Shown here one piece after another: positions 14,106-27,239 of a stretch of DNA of 64,000 bases. The number at the start of each line of letters is the position of its first letter. Position 1 is the first letter of the stretch. Source of the DNA: Neocallimastix sp. 'constans' (taxonomy: Eukaryota); NCBI GenBank assembly GCA_050613775.1, contig JBODTK010000131.1, positions 124,001 through 188,000 of the forward strand. The letters run 5' to 3'. Under the pieces are notes generated by a model, which was not told the origin of the DNA, ran no database searches, and saw only the letters and a list, made by a program, of their open reading frames with translations. The translations under genes were made by a program, and so were the position numbers.

Positions 14106-14408
14106 ATTATAATTTTATTTAAAAAAATAAAAATAAAAAATAAAATAAAAAATAAAAAAAAAAAATTGGAATTAAAAAAATAAAAATTGGAATTAAAAAA
14201 TTTTTTTTTAAATTATTATTATTAATATAAAAGGATAAGAAAATATTTTATGAAAAAAAAATTTTTTTTTTTTAAATACATAATAAAATAAATAAAAAAT
14301 AATAAATGAATAAACATAAATTATAAATAATTTTATTTTTTGAAAGGAAATTCATAAAATAAGTAAAAAAAAAAAAAAAGTAATTGAATTAAAAAAAATT
14401 TGAAAATT

Positions 14409-15336
14409 ATGATTTTGTTTAATTATAAAAGTAAAGAAGATTTGAAAAGAAAACTTCATGATGGAATTAGAAAGTGTAATACACGAAAAGTAAAAAATAT
14501 TGTGTAGATTATTCCACCGAAAATATAATTATTTTTGAATTTGAATGAAAAAGATAAAGATGGATTCTATCCACTTTTAAAAGCTACTACTAAAAATAAT
14601 ATTGAATTGATTAAATTATTAATGGATTATGCCAATAAAAATAAAATTATTTTGAAATTAAATGAAAAAAAATGAAGATGGATATACTCCAATATTTGAG
14701 GCAATTCAAAATAATAATATTGAAATGTTTAAATTGCTGGTGGAATATTCTATAGAAAATGGAATTAAATTAAGAATTGATGAAAATGGTATTGAAAAGG
14801 TGATTTCGGAAAAAAATCCGCTTTGTAAATTTAAGAATATTTCAGAAATTAATTCTAAATTTATCGAACTAATCTATTTTTGTAAAAATAAATATATAAT
14901 TGAAGTAATATTCAGCAGAAACAGTTACTTTTTGAAAAGATTTAATGAAATTAATAAGAATAAAGGAATAGGAAATGAAAGTAAGAAATATGTCATATTA
15001 GAAATTGAAAATGAAATAACGGAAATAGAATTGGAAGAAGAAAAAAAGGAGAAAGAAAAAATAAAAAAAGACTTGGAATTACTGAGAATAGAGAAAGAGG
15101 AAAAAGAAAAGAAAAAATTGGAAAAGAAGAATTAAATAATTGAAAAATATAATAATAAAAGAGATAATTATGAGACCTTATTAACCTCTGAATGTAAACA
15201 AGGTAATATTGAAGAAGTTAAAAAATTAATTCATTGTAGAATGAATATTAATAAGAAAAATAAAGAAAGAGACACGCCATTATTAATCGCATGTAAAAAT
15301 GGAAATATAGAATTAATAAAATATTTATTAAGTTAA
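14409..15336 (+). pseudogene. Ankyrin-repeat paralogue 2, pseudogene (1 internal repeat)
   Basis: Starts MILFNYKSKEDLKRKLHDG. Frameshifts at ~14500-14545 and a premature TAA at 15133-15135 (TAT in paralogues). The C-terminal ankyrin continues to 15336. Confidence 0.85.
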
Positions 15337-15710
15337 ATTTATTAATTTCATAAAATCCTTTTCTCTTCCTTCTCTTCATAATTATAATTAGTGTATATTT
15401 TATTAATTATTATTAATAAATTCAGTTGTAAAAATAAAAAATAGTATTTTCTAATTTGTTTTTTCTTGTAATAATTAAAAGTTCTTTCATAATAAATAAT
15501 AATGAAAAAATATTATTTATTATGAAATAAAAAATATGAATTAGAAATAAAAAATAAAAAATAAAAATTTAAATTTAAAAAAAAAAAATTTTTTTTTTAT
15601 TTAAATTTAAGTAATTTTTTTTTTTAAATTTCTTTTTTAAAATATTTATTTTTATATGTTTTGTAATAATTTTATATAATTAAAATATTTAATTTTAACT
15701 TTAGATATAT

Positions 15711-15735
15711 TCTCTTCCTTGTCTAAAAAAAAAAA
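15711..15735 (+). mobile_element. 25-bp poly(A)-tailed insertion with 16-bp TSD (extremely 5'-truncated non-LTR retro-insertion)
   Basis: TCTCTTCCTTGTCT+A11 is flanked by TTAACTTTAGATATAT at 15695-15710 and 15736-15751. The paralogous site at ~12697 is empty. Confidence 0.7.
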
Positions 15736-17239
15736 TTAACTTTAGATATATAAATTTTATAATTTTTTTATTTTCTTTTTCTTCTATTTAACTATTTCGA
15801 TAAATATAAATGAATATATTTTTTATTTTTTAAAAAATTTTAAAATTGAAAAGTTGCTTCTTTTTTGATCTATTTTTTTAATTTAATTTTATCATTGATA
15901 AATTTCTCATCAAACATATTCTAGTGGAAAGAAAATTTTATACAAACGAAACCACTATATTACTTCGTTAAAGTACTTGTAAAGATGACCTTTTATTATT
16001 CATATTTACATTTTAAATATAAATAATAGTTTTTAATATATTTAATGTAAACTACAAATAAAAATAAAATAATTTTATAAAACAACAATAATAATTCATA
16101 AACATGTATTATTAATTATACTAGTTAGTTTTATATAAATTATTTATTAATATTAATATTCATTATTAAATTTTGCTCTTTCTTTTCTTTTATTTTCTTT
16201 TCTTTTTCAAAAATAAATAGAAGTTTAATTGTATTTTTTTTATAATTTTTACCATTTAATATATTTTTAAATTATTTAAAACTTCTTAATTAATTTAAAC
16301 TATTAATAAAATTATAATGATATATTCATATATCACTAGAAAATAACTTTTATGCATTAACTTTATATATTAACAAATTATATTTTATTAATTAATTTGG
16401 TTTATTTTCTTATCAATTATTATAAATTTTAAATAATACAAGCTCCTGTATAAATTTTAAATAATAAAATTCCAAATTAAAATGTAAAATAAATAAATAA
16501 AAAAAAAATATATTAATATTAATATGGATGATGTCTATGTTTTATAGGCTATTATTTATAAAAATATTGAAATTATTAAATTATTAATAGAATTTATACC
16601 TATGAAAAATAAAAAATATTAAATTCGAAAAGAATTGTAATAGAAAATAGCTTCATTTTATTATTCTATCTCTTAAAATAAAATCCATTATGAAAGAAAA
16701 AGATAAAATATTATAAAAAATAAAAAAAAAAAAAAAAAAAAAAAGATATAACTTATATTATTACATTTATATTTATTATTTTTTTATTATTATTATTTAT
16801 TATTTATTATTATTTATTATTATTTATTATTTATTATTATTTATTATTATTTATTATTTATTTTTATTATTTATTATTTATTTTTATTATTATTATATTT
16901 AATATTATTATCATTATTTATTATATAATCATTATTTATTAATAAATACTCTTTTTATTATTTATTAATTGACATAAAAAGTAATAAAAACATTTAAAAA
17001 TAATAATTTATTAAATAGGTAAATAATATTTTAATATATATAGTAATATATTATAATATATTCATTTAATTTAAATAATTAAAAAAAAATAAAAAAAAAA
17101 AAAAAAATGAAATAAATAATTAAAAAATTAAAACTTTTTTTAGTTCCATTTTTTTATTTTTTTTTTTTTTTAAATAAAAATTAAATAATTAAAAAAAAAA
17201 TTAAAAAAAATGGAATAAAAAAAATAAAAAATGGAACTT

Positions 17240-20200
17240 TTAATTATTTTATTAAATTATGCCTTTATTTTATTTATTAAAGATACATGTAGAAAGTAAA
17301 TGAAAATTATATATATTTATATTTATAGTTTCTTATTCTTTAATTCTATTGGATAATTCTAATAATTTATAATTGCTTATTAACATTCCCCCTCAAATCT
17401 AACATCTTCATTAATCGATGTTCGATTTGTTAAAATTATTATATTAAGGGGTAAATTCTGTATGTGAACTTTCTTTAAATTTACTCAATTTAGTTCCCGT
17501 TAAGGTGTTTTGTGAATCCATCGACTAGGTTCCTTTCAGACTTAACATATTCTAGCTTGACTTTATTCACCTTTATTAGACTTCTTATGTAATGATATTT
17601 TATATCGATATGGTTCGACTTTGGGTTGATAGATTGATTTTGGCAATTATAGATTGCTGCTTTGTTGTCCACATAAATGGAAATGAATTGGTTATTGATG
17701 CCTAATTCTTTCATTACATTCATATACCACAATCCATGTTTGGCGCAATCACTAATGCTATAATATTTAGCTTCTGCTGTGGAGGTGGCCACACAATGCT
17801 GAAGTTTTGAATGCCAGCTTGTAGGTGAATTTCCGAGCATTATCAAAAAACCTGATATTGATTTCCTGGCTATTGTATCACCACCGTAATCAGCATCTGC
17901 GTAAGCCTTTAAATTGCTTTCGCCTGAAATTTTTATTCCGTAGTTCTTAGTTCCCTTAAGGTACTTGAGAATCTTTTCCATATTCATCCAATCTTCAAGT
18001 GTAGGGTTCTTATTTTTTCTTGCAGCTCTATTTACTAAAAACAAGATATCAGGCCTTGTGCAGATCGCCAGATAGAGATGGTTACCTATGGCGCTTCTGT
18101 AAAGTGTTTCATCAAATTTAACAATTCATGACTTTCAATTGGCATTAAATTCTTGGTTGGTTTGCATTTTTCTAAATTGAATTTCTTTAGTAATTCATTT
18201 ATATATCCTAATTGATGCATTATATAGCCGTTGTTACACTTTTCAAACTCAATTCCAATAATGAAATCTAATTCTCTAATATCTTTAATACTAAAAATTA
18301 GTTTTAATTTGCTCTTTTACTTTGAGTACTTCATTTTCCTTACCTATTAATAATATGTCATCGATATATACTGCTATGATACATGTGATTTTGTTATAAC
18401 TGTTCTTTCTAATGTAGATGCAAAGTTCACTAGTGAGTGGATTGAAGTTTATACCGAGTAGAACATTATTTAATTTCTCATTCCAGGCTCTACCTACTTT
18501 CTTTAATCCGTATATGGCTTTGTTTAGTTTCCAAAAGGTATTATAAATTGTTGTATGAGGAATAACCCTTTGGTGCTTTCATGTATAATTCTTTTTTTAT
18601 TTCACCGTCAATGTCTATTTGGACAATTTTGAACCTTTTACGAAGTGCAATTGATATTATTATTATCAAAGAGTCTAACTTCAGTGTCGGAGAGAAGGTG
18701 AAAATATAGTCAATAACATATCGCTGAGTGAAACCACTAGTAACTAATTGTGCTTCCTTTTAATGATATTCCCATTAGAGTCCTTTTTATATTTAAAAAC
18801 CCATTTACTTGAGATGATATCAGCTCTTTTGGAATTGCTTTTTATTGTCTTAAAAACGTTTAGGTTTTTTATATTATGTAATTCCTTATTTACAGCTTCT
18901 AGCCATTTATCTTTGTCTATTAGGTTGAATATATCTTCGAAATCTTTTAGTTCTCTAAGATTTCTTTCTGGGGATAGAACTTTAGGCTTTGTAATAGGAA
19001 TAACTGACTTTGTTCTTTTATTGGGAGTGTATAAATGATCATGTGTCCTTTTGTTGTTTGATTTAGGTACAGTCTGTTTATATGGATTTGAATCATGTAA
19101 TACTTGATTTATTTCTTTTTCTGATTGATGATGAGGATTGATAGGAGAAACTACAGTTTCAGTATTGATATGGGTGTTTTGTGGAGAAACTTTATTATGA
19201 TTATTATCTATTATTTTGTTTTTGTCATGATTATGGATGGAGGATGGTGAAGAAGTTTGAGATTGATGAAGCCGATAACTAGTATTAACGGGTGAGGACA
19301 TTTTGATATTATTATTTATATTGTAAAAATTGCCCTTTTTCATACTTTCGGTGTACCTACCTATTTCATGATTTGGAATGAAGTTTGAGTATTCCTTTGG
19401 AATAAAGGTAGTTGAGGTGGAGTTAGCTGGATTATTTTCGAAGAAAATAACTGATAGGGAGAGGATTATTTTATTGGTGGAGAGGCTTAAAATCTTGTAA
19501 GAAGAAGATGAGGGATGATAGCCAAGAAATATGCCAGGTAAAGCGTTATTGTCAAATTTATTCCGGAATGACTTGGGTACGTAATAAAAAAAATCTACAT
19601 CCAAAAACCTTGAAGTGTGCATAATCTATTTTGGATTTAAATAAAATTTCGTAGGGAATTTTATTTTGAATACCAGAATGAGGGATCCTATAATGGATGT
19701 AATTAGCAGTTTCGACGGCGTATTCCCAGAAATGGTGACTTAATTTGGCGTCGTTTAATAGAGCCTTTGCAGAGTTTATTAGCGTGCCGTTGAACTTTTC
19801 GGCACGTTCATTCTGTTGAGGGTTATATGGGATTGTGAATTGATGAATAATCCCATGACTGGCACAGAAAGATTTGAACATAGAGTATGAAAATTCTTTA
19901 CTTTTGTCAGTTCTAATGTACTTTATAGATTTATCATATATATTGTTGATTTCAATAAACCAATTATGAAAAATGGTAAAGGTGTCATGTTTGTTTGAAA
20001 GAAAAAGGACCCACCCGTAACACGAGAAGTCATCAAGTATGGAGAGTATGTACCGGTTACCGTGAAGTGACTCTTCTATTGGACCTATAAGATTCACATG
20101 TATTAATTCAAAAATACCTTTTGATTTATTCGTTGAATTTTTGTGCGGGAAATCTTTTAGTTTCGAATGTGAACAGATTTGACATTTAGACGGAATATTA

Positions 20201-20400
20201 ATTTTGGATAATTTATTAAGTATCTTACTTATGTTAAAGTGACCAAGTCGCCTGTGCCATAGGGGTTAATCTTTTCAGCTTTTGATAGGATGGATTGGTG
20301 CATAAGAGATATAGGTGTATGCTTTCGAACATTGAGGTTATATAGCTGTACGCTTTCGAACATTGAGGAAAATTTATTCCGTAATGACTTTTTTTTCTTA
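17240..20400 (-). mobile_element. Ty1/copia element A, 5'-truncated and degenerate (IN-RT-RNase H, PPT, partial 3' LTR)
   Basis: LWHRRLGH (~20240-20263), integrase core ORF 19558-20097, RT IAVYIDDILLIG (~18350-18380) and RNase H AYADADYGGD..SWHSKLQHCVATSTAEA (17490-18044). PPT GAGGGGGAA abuts the LTR start TGTTAA at 17385. Confidence 0.92.
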
Positions 20401-20472
20401 TGTTGTCTTTTCTTTTCTTTTTCAAAAATAAAAAGAAGTTTAATTGCATTTTTTTTTATAATTTTTACCATT

Positions 20473-21451
20473 TAACAAAAGTTAAGGATGAAAAAGGTAA
20501 TATGAAGGAAGCAAATTCTAATATAGTGAATGACATCATTAATATTAAAGCTAAACCAAAAAAAAAAAAAAAAATTAGTAATCAGTTTATTTACAAATAA
20601 AAAGTATAAAATCAATAAAAACAATAAAGAATTAATAGTTGTAGTATTTCTTTTTCACTAATTACAAATAAATAATCACATCAGAACTAAATAAAAGCTT
20701 AATAAGACCTCATTCACATGAATCAGATTTTTCTTTACTCCTTCATGTGAATAAAAAGAAATTGTATAATTTTTAATGATTTATAATTAATTTTTTTTTT
20801 TTTTTATACGAAAATCAGTAATGCACTAAAATTGTATTCTTTAATTATAATTTACATTTTTTATATTAGTATTAAAAAAAATAATTATATATATCATACT
20901 AAATTTTCAACTTTTTAATTATATAAATATTCAAATTTCTACAGTTTCATTACTTTTTATGATATTAATTAATACTAATAATATTATTTATAATATAAAT
21001 AATGAATTATTATATTTAAAAAAAAAAATTAAATATTAATAACAATAATAAATAAATAATTCAAAATAATAACTCTAAAAATTTGATAGTAAATTAATAA
21101 TTTACTAATTGTAATTATTTAAGGTTTAATTGAAAATAATCTTTAATGTAAGATGGAAATGAAAATAAATGAAAATAAATGAAAATGATGTTGTTGATGA
21201 AAAAGTGAATTAGTAGTGAATTTTTTTTTCTTAAGGACTTTTATTTGTTCTTAAATAAATATAAAAATATATATATATATATATATCTAATTTGTTTAAG
21301 AAAGTAAAAAAAGTAAAAAATATATAATTTAAATTCCATTAAATTAATAAAAAAAAAGAAATGATTTATAACTTATTATTTTAATTTTTAATTTAAAAAT
21401 TAATTAATTGTTTATGTATTGAAATATTTAATTTTATGTCTTTTAATTTTA

Positions 21452-21483
<32 letters not shown>

Positions 21484-21735
21484 CGATTATATTGAAAAGG
21501 ATAAATCTATTTATATTTATTTAATTAATAATAAATTATATTTAAATAAAAATTTGTCAATATCAATTTATTATTTAAAATAACGGAATATAAAAAAAAA
21601 AAAAATAAAAAAAAAATAAGTTTAAGAATAAATATTTTTAAATAAATTATAAAAGTATCAATAATTAAAAGTTATAAAAAAAAATTAAAATAGAAAAACG
21701 AATCCATAATCTTTGAAAAAAGAAAAAAGGAAAAA
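20473..21735. repeat. Segmental duplication block, copy 2
   Basis: Matches 6811-8110. On its left it is fused to a ~65-bp piece of the ankyrin intergenic spacer (20408-20472). Confidence 0.9.
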
Positions 21736-21739
21736 AATA

Positions 21740-21799
<60 letters not shown>

Positions 21800-21805
21800 T
21801 ATAAT

Positions 21806-21838
<33 letters not shown>

Positions 21839-22720
21839 ATAAAATAAAATAAAATAAAATAAAATAAAATAAAATAAAATAAAATAAAATAAAATAAAAT
21901 AAAATAAAATAAAATAAAATAAAATAAAATAAAATAAAATAAAATAAAATAAAATAAAATAAAATAAAATAAAATAAAATAAAATAAAATAAAATAAAAT
22001 AAAATAAAATAAAATAAAATAAATAGTAGAATATTAAATATAAAGTACAGATTGAATAAAATAAAATAAAATAAAATAAAATAAAATAAATAGTAGAATA
22101 TTAAATATAAAGTACAGATTGAATAATATAAAATAAAATAAAATAAAATAAAATAAATAGTAGAATATTAAATATAAAGTACAGATTGAATAATATAAAA
22201 TAAAATAAAATAAAATAAAATAAAATAAATAGTAGAATATTAAATATAAAGTACAGATTGAATAATATAAAATAAAATAAAATAAAATAAAATAAAATAA
22301 AATAAAATAAAATAAAATAAAATAAAATAAAATAAAATAAAATAAAATAAAATAAAATAAAATAAAATAAAATAAAATAAAATAAAATAAAATAAAATAA
22401 AATAAAATAAAATAAAATAAAATAAAATAAAATAAAATAAAATAAAATAAAATAAATAGTAGAATATTAAATATAAAGTACAGATTGAATAAAATAAAAT
22501 AAAATAAAATAAAATAAAATAAATAGTAGAATATTAAATATAAAGTACAGATTGAATAAAATAAAATAAAATAAAATAAAATAAAATAAATAGTAGAATA
22601 TTAAATATAAAGTACAGATTGAATAATATAAAATAAAATAAAATAAAATAAAATAAATAGTAGAATATTAAATATAAAGTACAGATTGAATAATATAAAA
22701 TAAAATAAAATAAAATAAAA
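21740..22720. repeat. (AAT)n/(AAAAT)n satellite containing 8 copies of a 34-bp unit
   Basis: TAGTAGAATATTAAATATAAAGTACAGATTGAAT occurs at 22024, 22091, 22158, 22230, 22457, 22524, 22591 and 22658, separated by AAAAT runs. Confidence 0.95.
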
Positions 22721-22938
22721 AGATATTTTTATTCTTTTTATTATTTTTCTTATTACTTTTTTTTTTTTTAAAGACATAAAACTTTAAATGAGTAGCATAA
22801 AAGCAATTTCTATTCTAAAAGAGTTTATTCTTAACTAAAAAATATAAAAAATTTTTAAATCTATTGATTGATCTAAAACAGATAATGTGGTAGAGTGAAA
22901 CATATTCTGTCTATTGAATTGCTTATGTCATCATCATC

Positions 22939-23016
<78 letters not shown>

Positions 23017-23017
<1 letters not shown>

Positions 23018-25157
23018 GTTAAGAGTCATGAATTTATGGTTTATAATTATGTCAATTTTATTAATATATTTTATGATAAAGAGTTACTAGCACTTAATTA
23101 TTCAAAATTAAATGCTTTTATATTAATACATTGTGGTTTATACATTATTTATATTACAATATGTTTCAATACATTTGAAGCTTATTTTTCATACATTTCA
23201 CATATTCTAACATTCCCTTAAACCTAGTTATTCTATAATGAATAAATTGGTTTACTGGTGAATATGTGTATATAAAATTATCCTATTTTACACTATTAAC
23301 TTGATATTATTAAACTGTTATATATATTTCTATCCTAAATTAACCTCTAATTTTACATGAATAAAATATTTTTTATGTTATATTAATTATTTAATTTACT
23401 TTAAATATTGCTAAAATAATTTCTTAAATATATTTATAATCTAATAATTTCCCCCTAAAACTAAGTATTTAATATTTTTACACCTTTAATAAATATTAGA
23501 TGAATCTATGTCATCTTTAATATATAAAATAATTATATGGTTTAAATATACCATTTATATATGATGGAAACCTTTCTCTTGAAGAGTGATATTATACCAT
23601 CACAATTTGTGTGAATACCTCTTATATATTGGGTTTTATATCACTAATAATTATAATCCGCTTTATTGATTAGCGCTAACTTTTTTATATTTTCGCTTTG
23701 TAGGTTTAGCGATAACTATTAAAATAAATTGTTAATAATATATCGGTGCACTTGATAAATCATAATCTTGGGGTATTAAAATTGATTGTATTTATAATTA
23801 ATTATATTATTCTAGTCATTTAAACTTATTAGTAATAATATAAATTGTTTCATAATTGATTAATATTCACTATTTCAGTTAATTCTTTCTTAAAGGTTAA
23901 TTTTTGTTAATTTTCGCTATTAGGCTATTTTATTCATTTCAAGATAAATATTATTTTCAAATAATTAGCTCAAAGAATCAGTAAAGTGACTTTTCTTTAA
24001 TACTTTATAATTTTTGTTTTATTTTGCCTACTTCCCCCTAAAATCCAAATTTCTATAAGGATTTTATATATTTGGATTTTCTCATCATTATAATACTAAT
24101 TATAGAATTTTAATAATTTTAAATACTCTGTAATAAATAAGTATAGTTTATAGATGGATAAACATCATCCATTTTTATATAACTCATGGTTATATTTATT
24201 ATTTTATTATACCTTTCATCACGAAGGTTTGTATTATGATTATATTAAATAATTCTTTTTTTTTTTTTTATTTAAACCTATTTCACGCTAGGTTTAATAA
24301 TATTATTATTGTTAGAATGTACCCTAGGAATTACCATTCTATTATATTTCCTTTAAATATTTGGGATATTATATATTAATTATTTTATATGAGGTCTCTG
24401 ACATATAGACTCCTCTATTATTGTAGTTTATATTTATATATACGTGTTTGATATTTATAAATACGCGTTAAAATAACTATACTTTAAATAATATGTTTTG
24501 TATATTCATGGGGCGGAAATAGTCCATCACATAGTAGATTCCTTCATGCATAGATATTATATTACTAATAGCCAAAAGCTTATTTGTTAAAACATCAAAT
24601 TATAATTTCAATTAAAAGTCTCTAGTATGAATATATATAATTTTCTTTTATATACGTTTATATGTGTTTTTTCTTTTTAAATAAATATTTTTATATTTTT
24701 TTGAGTTTTACTTATCCTGAAATAACTTCTTTTATCAACAGTTTTATATTTTACGCGTTTCTTCAATTTTTCTGTCTTGATCATTTTGATCAGTTATCAG
24801 TTTTATTAGTCATCTTAAAAATTGACATAATGAACAACCTTTATTATAATTTAAAATTCAATTATATTTTTTTTCTTTTTTTTTTTTTTGACATAATATT
24901 GTTTCCGGCAAAAGATTCTTTTTCTATGAATCTTTTTAAGAGTCAGATGAGACTCTTAATCTGTTAAGAGTCATAAATTTATGGTTTATAATTATGTCAA
25001 TTTTATTAATATATTTTATGATATAGAGTTACTAGCACTTAATTATTCTAAATTAAATGCTTTTATATTAATACATTGTGGCTTATACATTATTTATATT
25101 ACAATATGCTTCAATACATTTGAAGCTTATTTTTCATACATTTCACATATTCTAACA
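23017..25157 (-). mobile_element. Non-autonomous LTR retroelement (TRIM/LARD-like) with 196-bp LTRs and ~1.75-kb non-coding interior
   Basis: LTRs 23017-23212 and 24962-25157 (TG..CA, 5 mismatches by manual comparison), TSD ATTAT on both sides, PBS at 24947-24961 and PPT-like TAAGGGAA next to 23212. No pol motifs. Paralogous empty sites at ~37080 and ~54700. Confidence 0.92.
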
Positions 25158-25651
25158 ATTATTATAATTATTATTATTTATTATTAAATATGGAAATTTA
25201 TAATAATAATTTTTATAAATCTTATTCATTATTCTTTATTTTATTATAATTACTATTATAATATATATTATATATTATTTTATAATCTATTGAATTATAC
25301 ATTTATTTTATATTTATATATTATATTTAACTTTAATAGGACTTAAATCAACTTATTTTATTTTATATTATATTATATAATACTTTATTATGTATTATTT
25401 TATATTTATTTTATATTTTTACATATAATATACATTTATTATTTAAATATAGATATTATATTCTTATATATATAATTTATATGTTTAAAATGTATTTCAT
25501 ATTATTAAATTTTATAATTTTAAAATGTAATTTCTTAATAATAATCAATTTCTAATTAATAAATTAATTTAGAAAGGGGTTTTTTAATTATTTAATAAAA
25601 ATAATAATAAATTAAATAAAGATAATAACAAATATTATTATAATTAAAATA

Positions 25652-25720
25652 TAGCACATAAAAGTTGTATATCACTACATTAATCACGTGTAATTATTTA
25701 AATAACGTGACACTATAATT
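25652..25720. promoter_or_regulatory. Conserved upstream module with E-box TCACGTG and AACGTG (also ~37781-37850, ~52881-52950, ~55124-55192)
   Basis: The same ~70-bp block lies upstream of paralogues 3, 4 and 7 and in an orphan upstream copy. CACGTG at 25685, 37814, 52914 and 55157. Function is inferred only. Confidence 0.4.
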
Positions 25721-25810
25721 CAATGTTTAATTTAACATATATTTATTGATATATAATAGAAAAAATTTTTAATAATTAATTGAATAGTAATAAAAAAAAA
25801 TTTAAAAATT

Positions 25811-26981
25811 ATGGATTCATTTATTGATAAAAGTAAAGAAGATTTGAAAGAAGAACTTATTAGGGAAATTAGAAGTAGGAAACTCAAAAATTAAAAAAAA
25901 TTTTAGATTATGCCACAGAAAAAAAAATTATTTTGAATTTGAATGAAAAAGATGAAAATGGATATTATCCATTTTTAAGAGCTACTTATGAAAATAATAT
26001 TGAAATAGTTAAATTGTTAATAGATTATGCCACTGAAAATAAAATTATTTTGGAATTAAATAAAAAAGATAAATATGGAAGTTATCCACTTTTAAGTGCC
26101 ACTTTAAAAAATAATATTGAAATAGTTCAATTATTAATGGATTATGCCACTGAAAATAAAATTATTTTAGAATTAAATGAAAAAATTAATTATGGAAGTT
26201 ATCCACTTTTAGAAGCCACTTATCGTAATAATATTGAAATGGTTCAATTGTTAATAGATTATGCCACTGAAAATAAAATTATTTTGGAATTAAATAAAAA
26301 AGATAAATATGGATATACTCCAATATTTGAGGCAATACAAAATAGTAATATTAAAATGTTTAAAATGTTGATGGAATATTCCATAGAAAAAGGAATAAAA
26401 TTAAGAATTGATGAAAATGATATTGAAAATATGATTTCGGTTTTTTTTTCATTTTGTAAATTAAAGAATATTTCAGAAATTAATTCTAAATTTATCGAAT
26501 TAATCTGTTTTTGTAAAAATAAAAATATAATTGAAGTAATATTCAGTGAAAACAGTTACTTTTTGAAAAGATTTAATGAAATTAATGAAAATAAAGGAAT
26601 AAAAAATGAAAGTAGGAATTATGAAGTATTAGAAATTGAAAATGAAATAACGGAAATAGAATTAGAAAAAGAAAAAAAGGAGAAAGAAAAAATAAAAAAA
26701 GACTTGGAATTACTGAGAATAGAATTAGAAGAGGAACGGAGGATAAAAGTGGAACAAGAAAAAAAAAATTGGAAAAAAAGAAGTATCTAGTAAAAAAAAT
26801 TAATAATAAAAGAGATAATAATGAGACCTTATTAACCTCTGAATGTAAACTAGGTAATATTGAAGAACTTAAAAAATTAATTCATTGTAGAATGAATATT
26901 AATAAGAAAAATAAAAATATGACATTATTAATTGCATGGAAAAATGGAAATATAGAATTAATTAAATATTTATTAAATTAA
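25811..26981 (+). pseudogene. Ankyrin-repeat paralogue 3 (3 internal repeats), two 1-nt deletions; possibly intact if these are sequencing errors
   Basis: ATG at 25811 (MDSFIDKSKEDLKEEL), with -1 indels at ~25880 and in the A-run at ~26759-26768. ORF pieces 25933-26790 and 26769-26981. Confidence 0.8.
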
Positions 26982-27239
26982 GTTATAATTTCATAAAATA
27001 CTTTTCTTTCCCTTCTCTTCATAATTAGTATATATTTATATTATTAATTATTATAAATAATTAAGATTAGAATTTACTATCTTTTATTTATACACCTGAA
27101 TTTATTAAAAGTTCTTTCATTATAAATAATAATGAAAAAATGTTGTTTATATAGTGAAATTAAAATATGAATTAGAAATAAAAAATAAAAAATATAAATT
27201 TAAATTTAAAAAAAAAAATTTTTTTTTCTTTATTTCAAT

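Noticed and set aside
22024..22691. CRISPR-like array (34-bp repeats at ~67-bp period)
   Set aside because: The spacers are only AAAAT runs rather than unique sequences, there are no cas genes, and the context is eukaryotic.
24947..24961. tRNA-Lys gene at the GACTCTTAATC motifs
   Set aside because: Only the anticodon-arm match is present, with no D arm, T arm or acceptor stem. Its position next to LTRs identifies it as a PBS.
25683..25800. Point-centromere (CDEI-like ATCACGTG plus AT-rich DNA)
   Set aside because: There is no CDEIII-like CCG element, the motif is repeated with the gene unit, and point centromeres are a budding-yeast feature.
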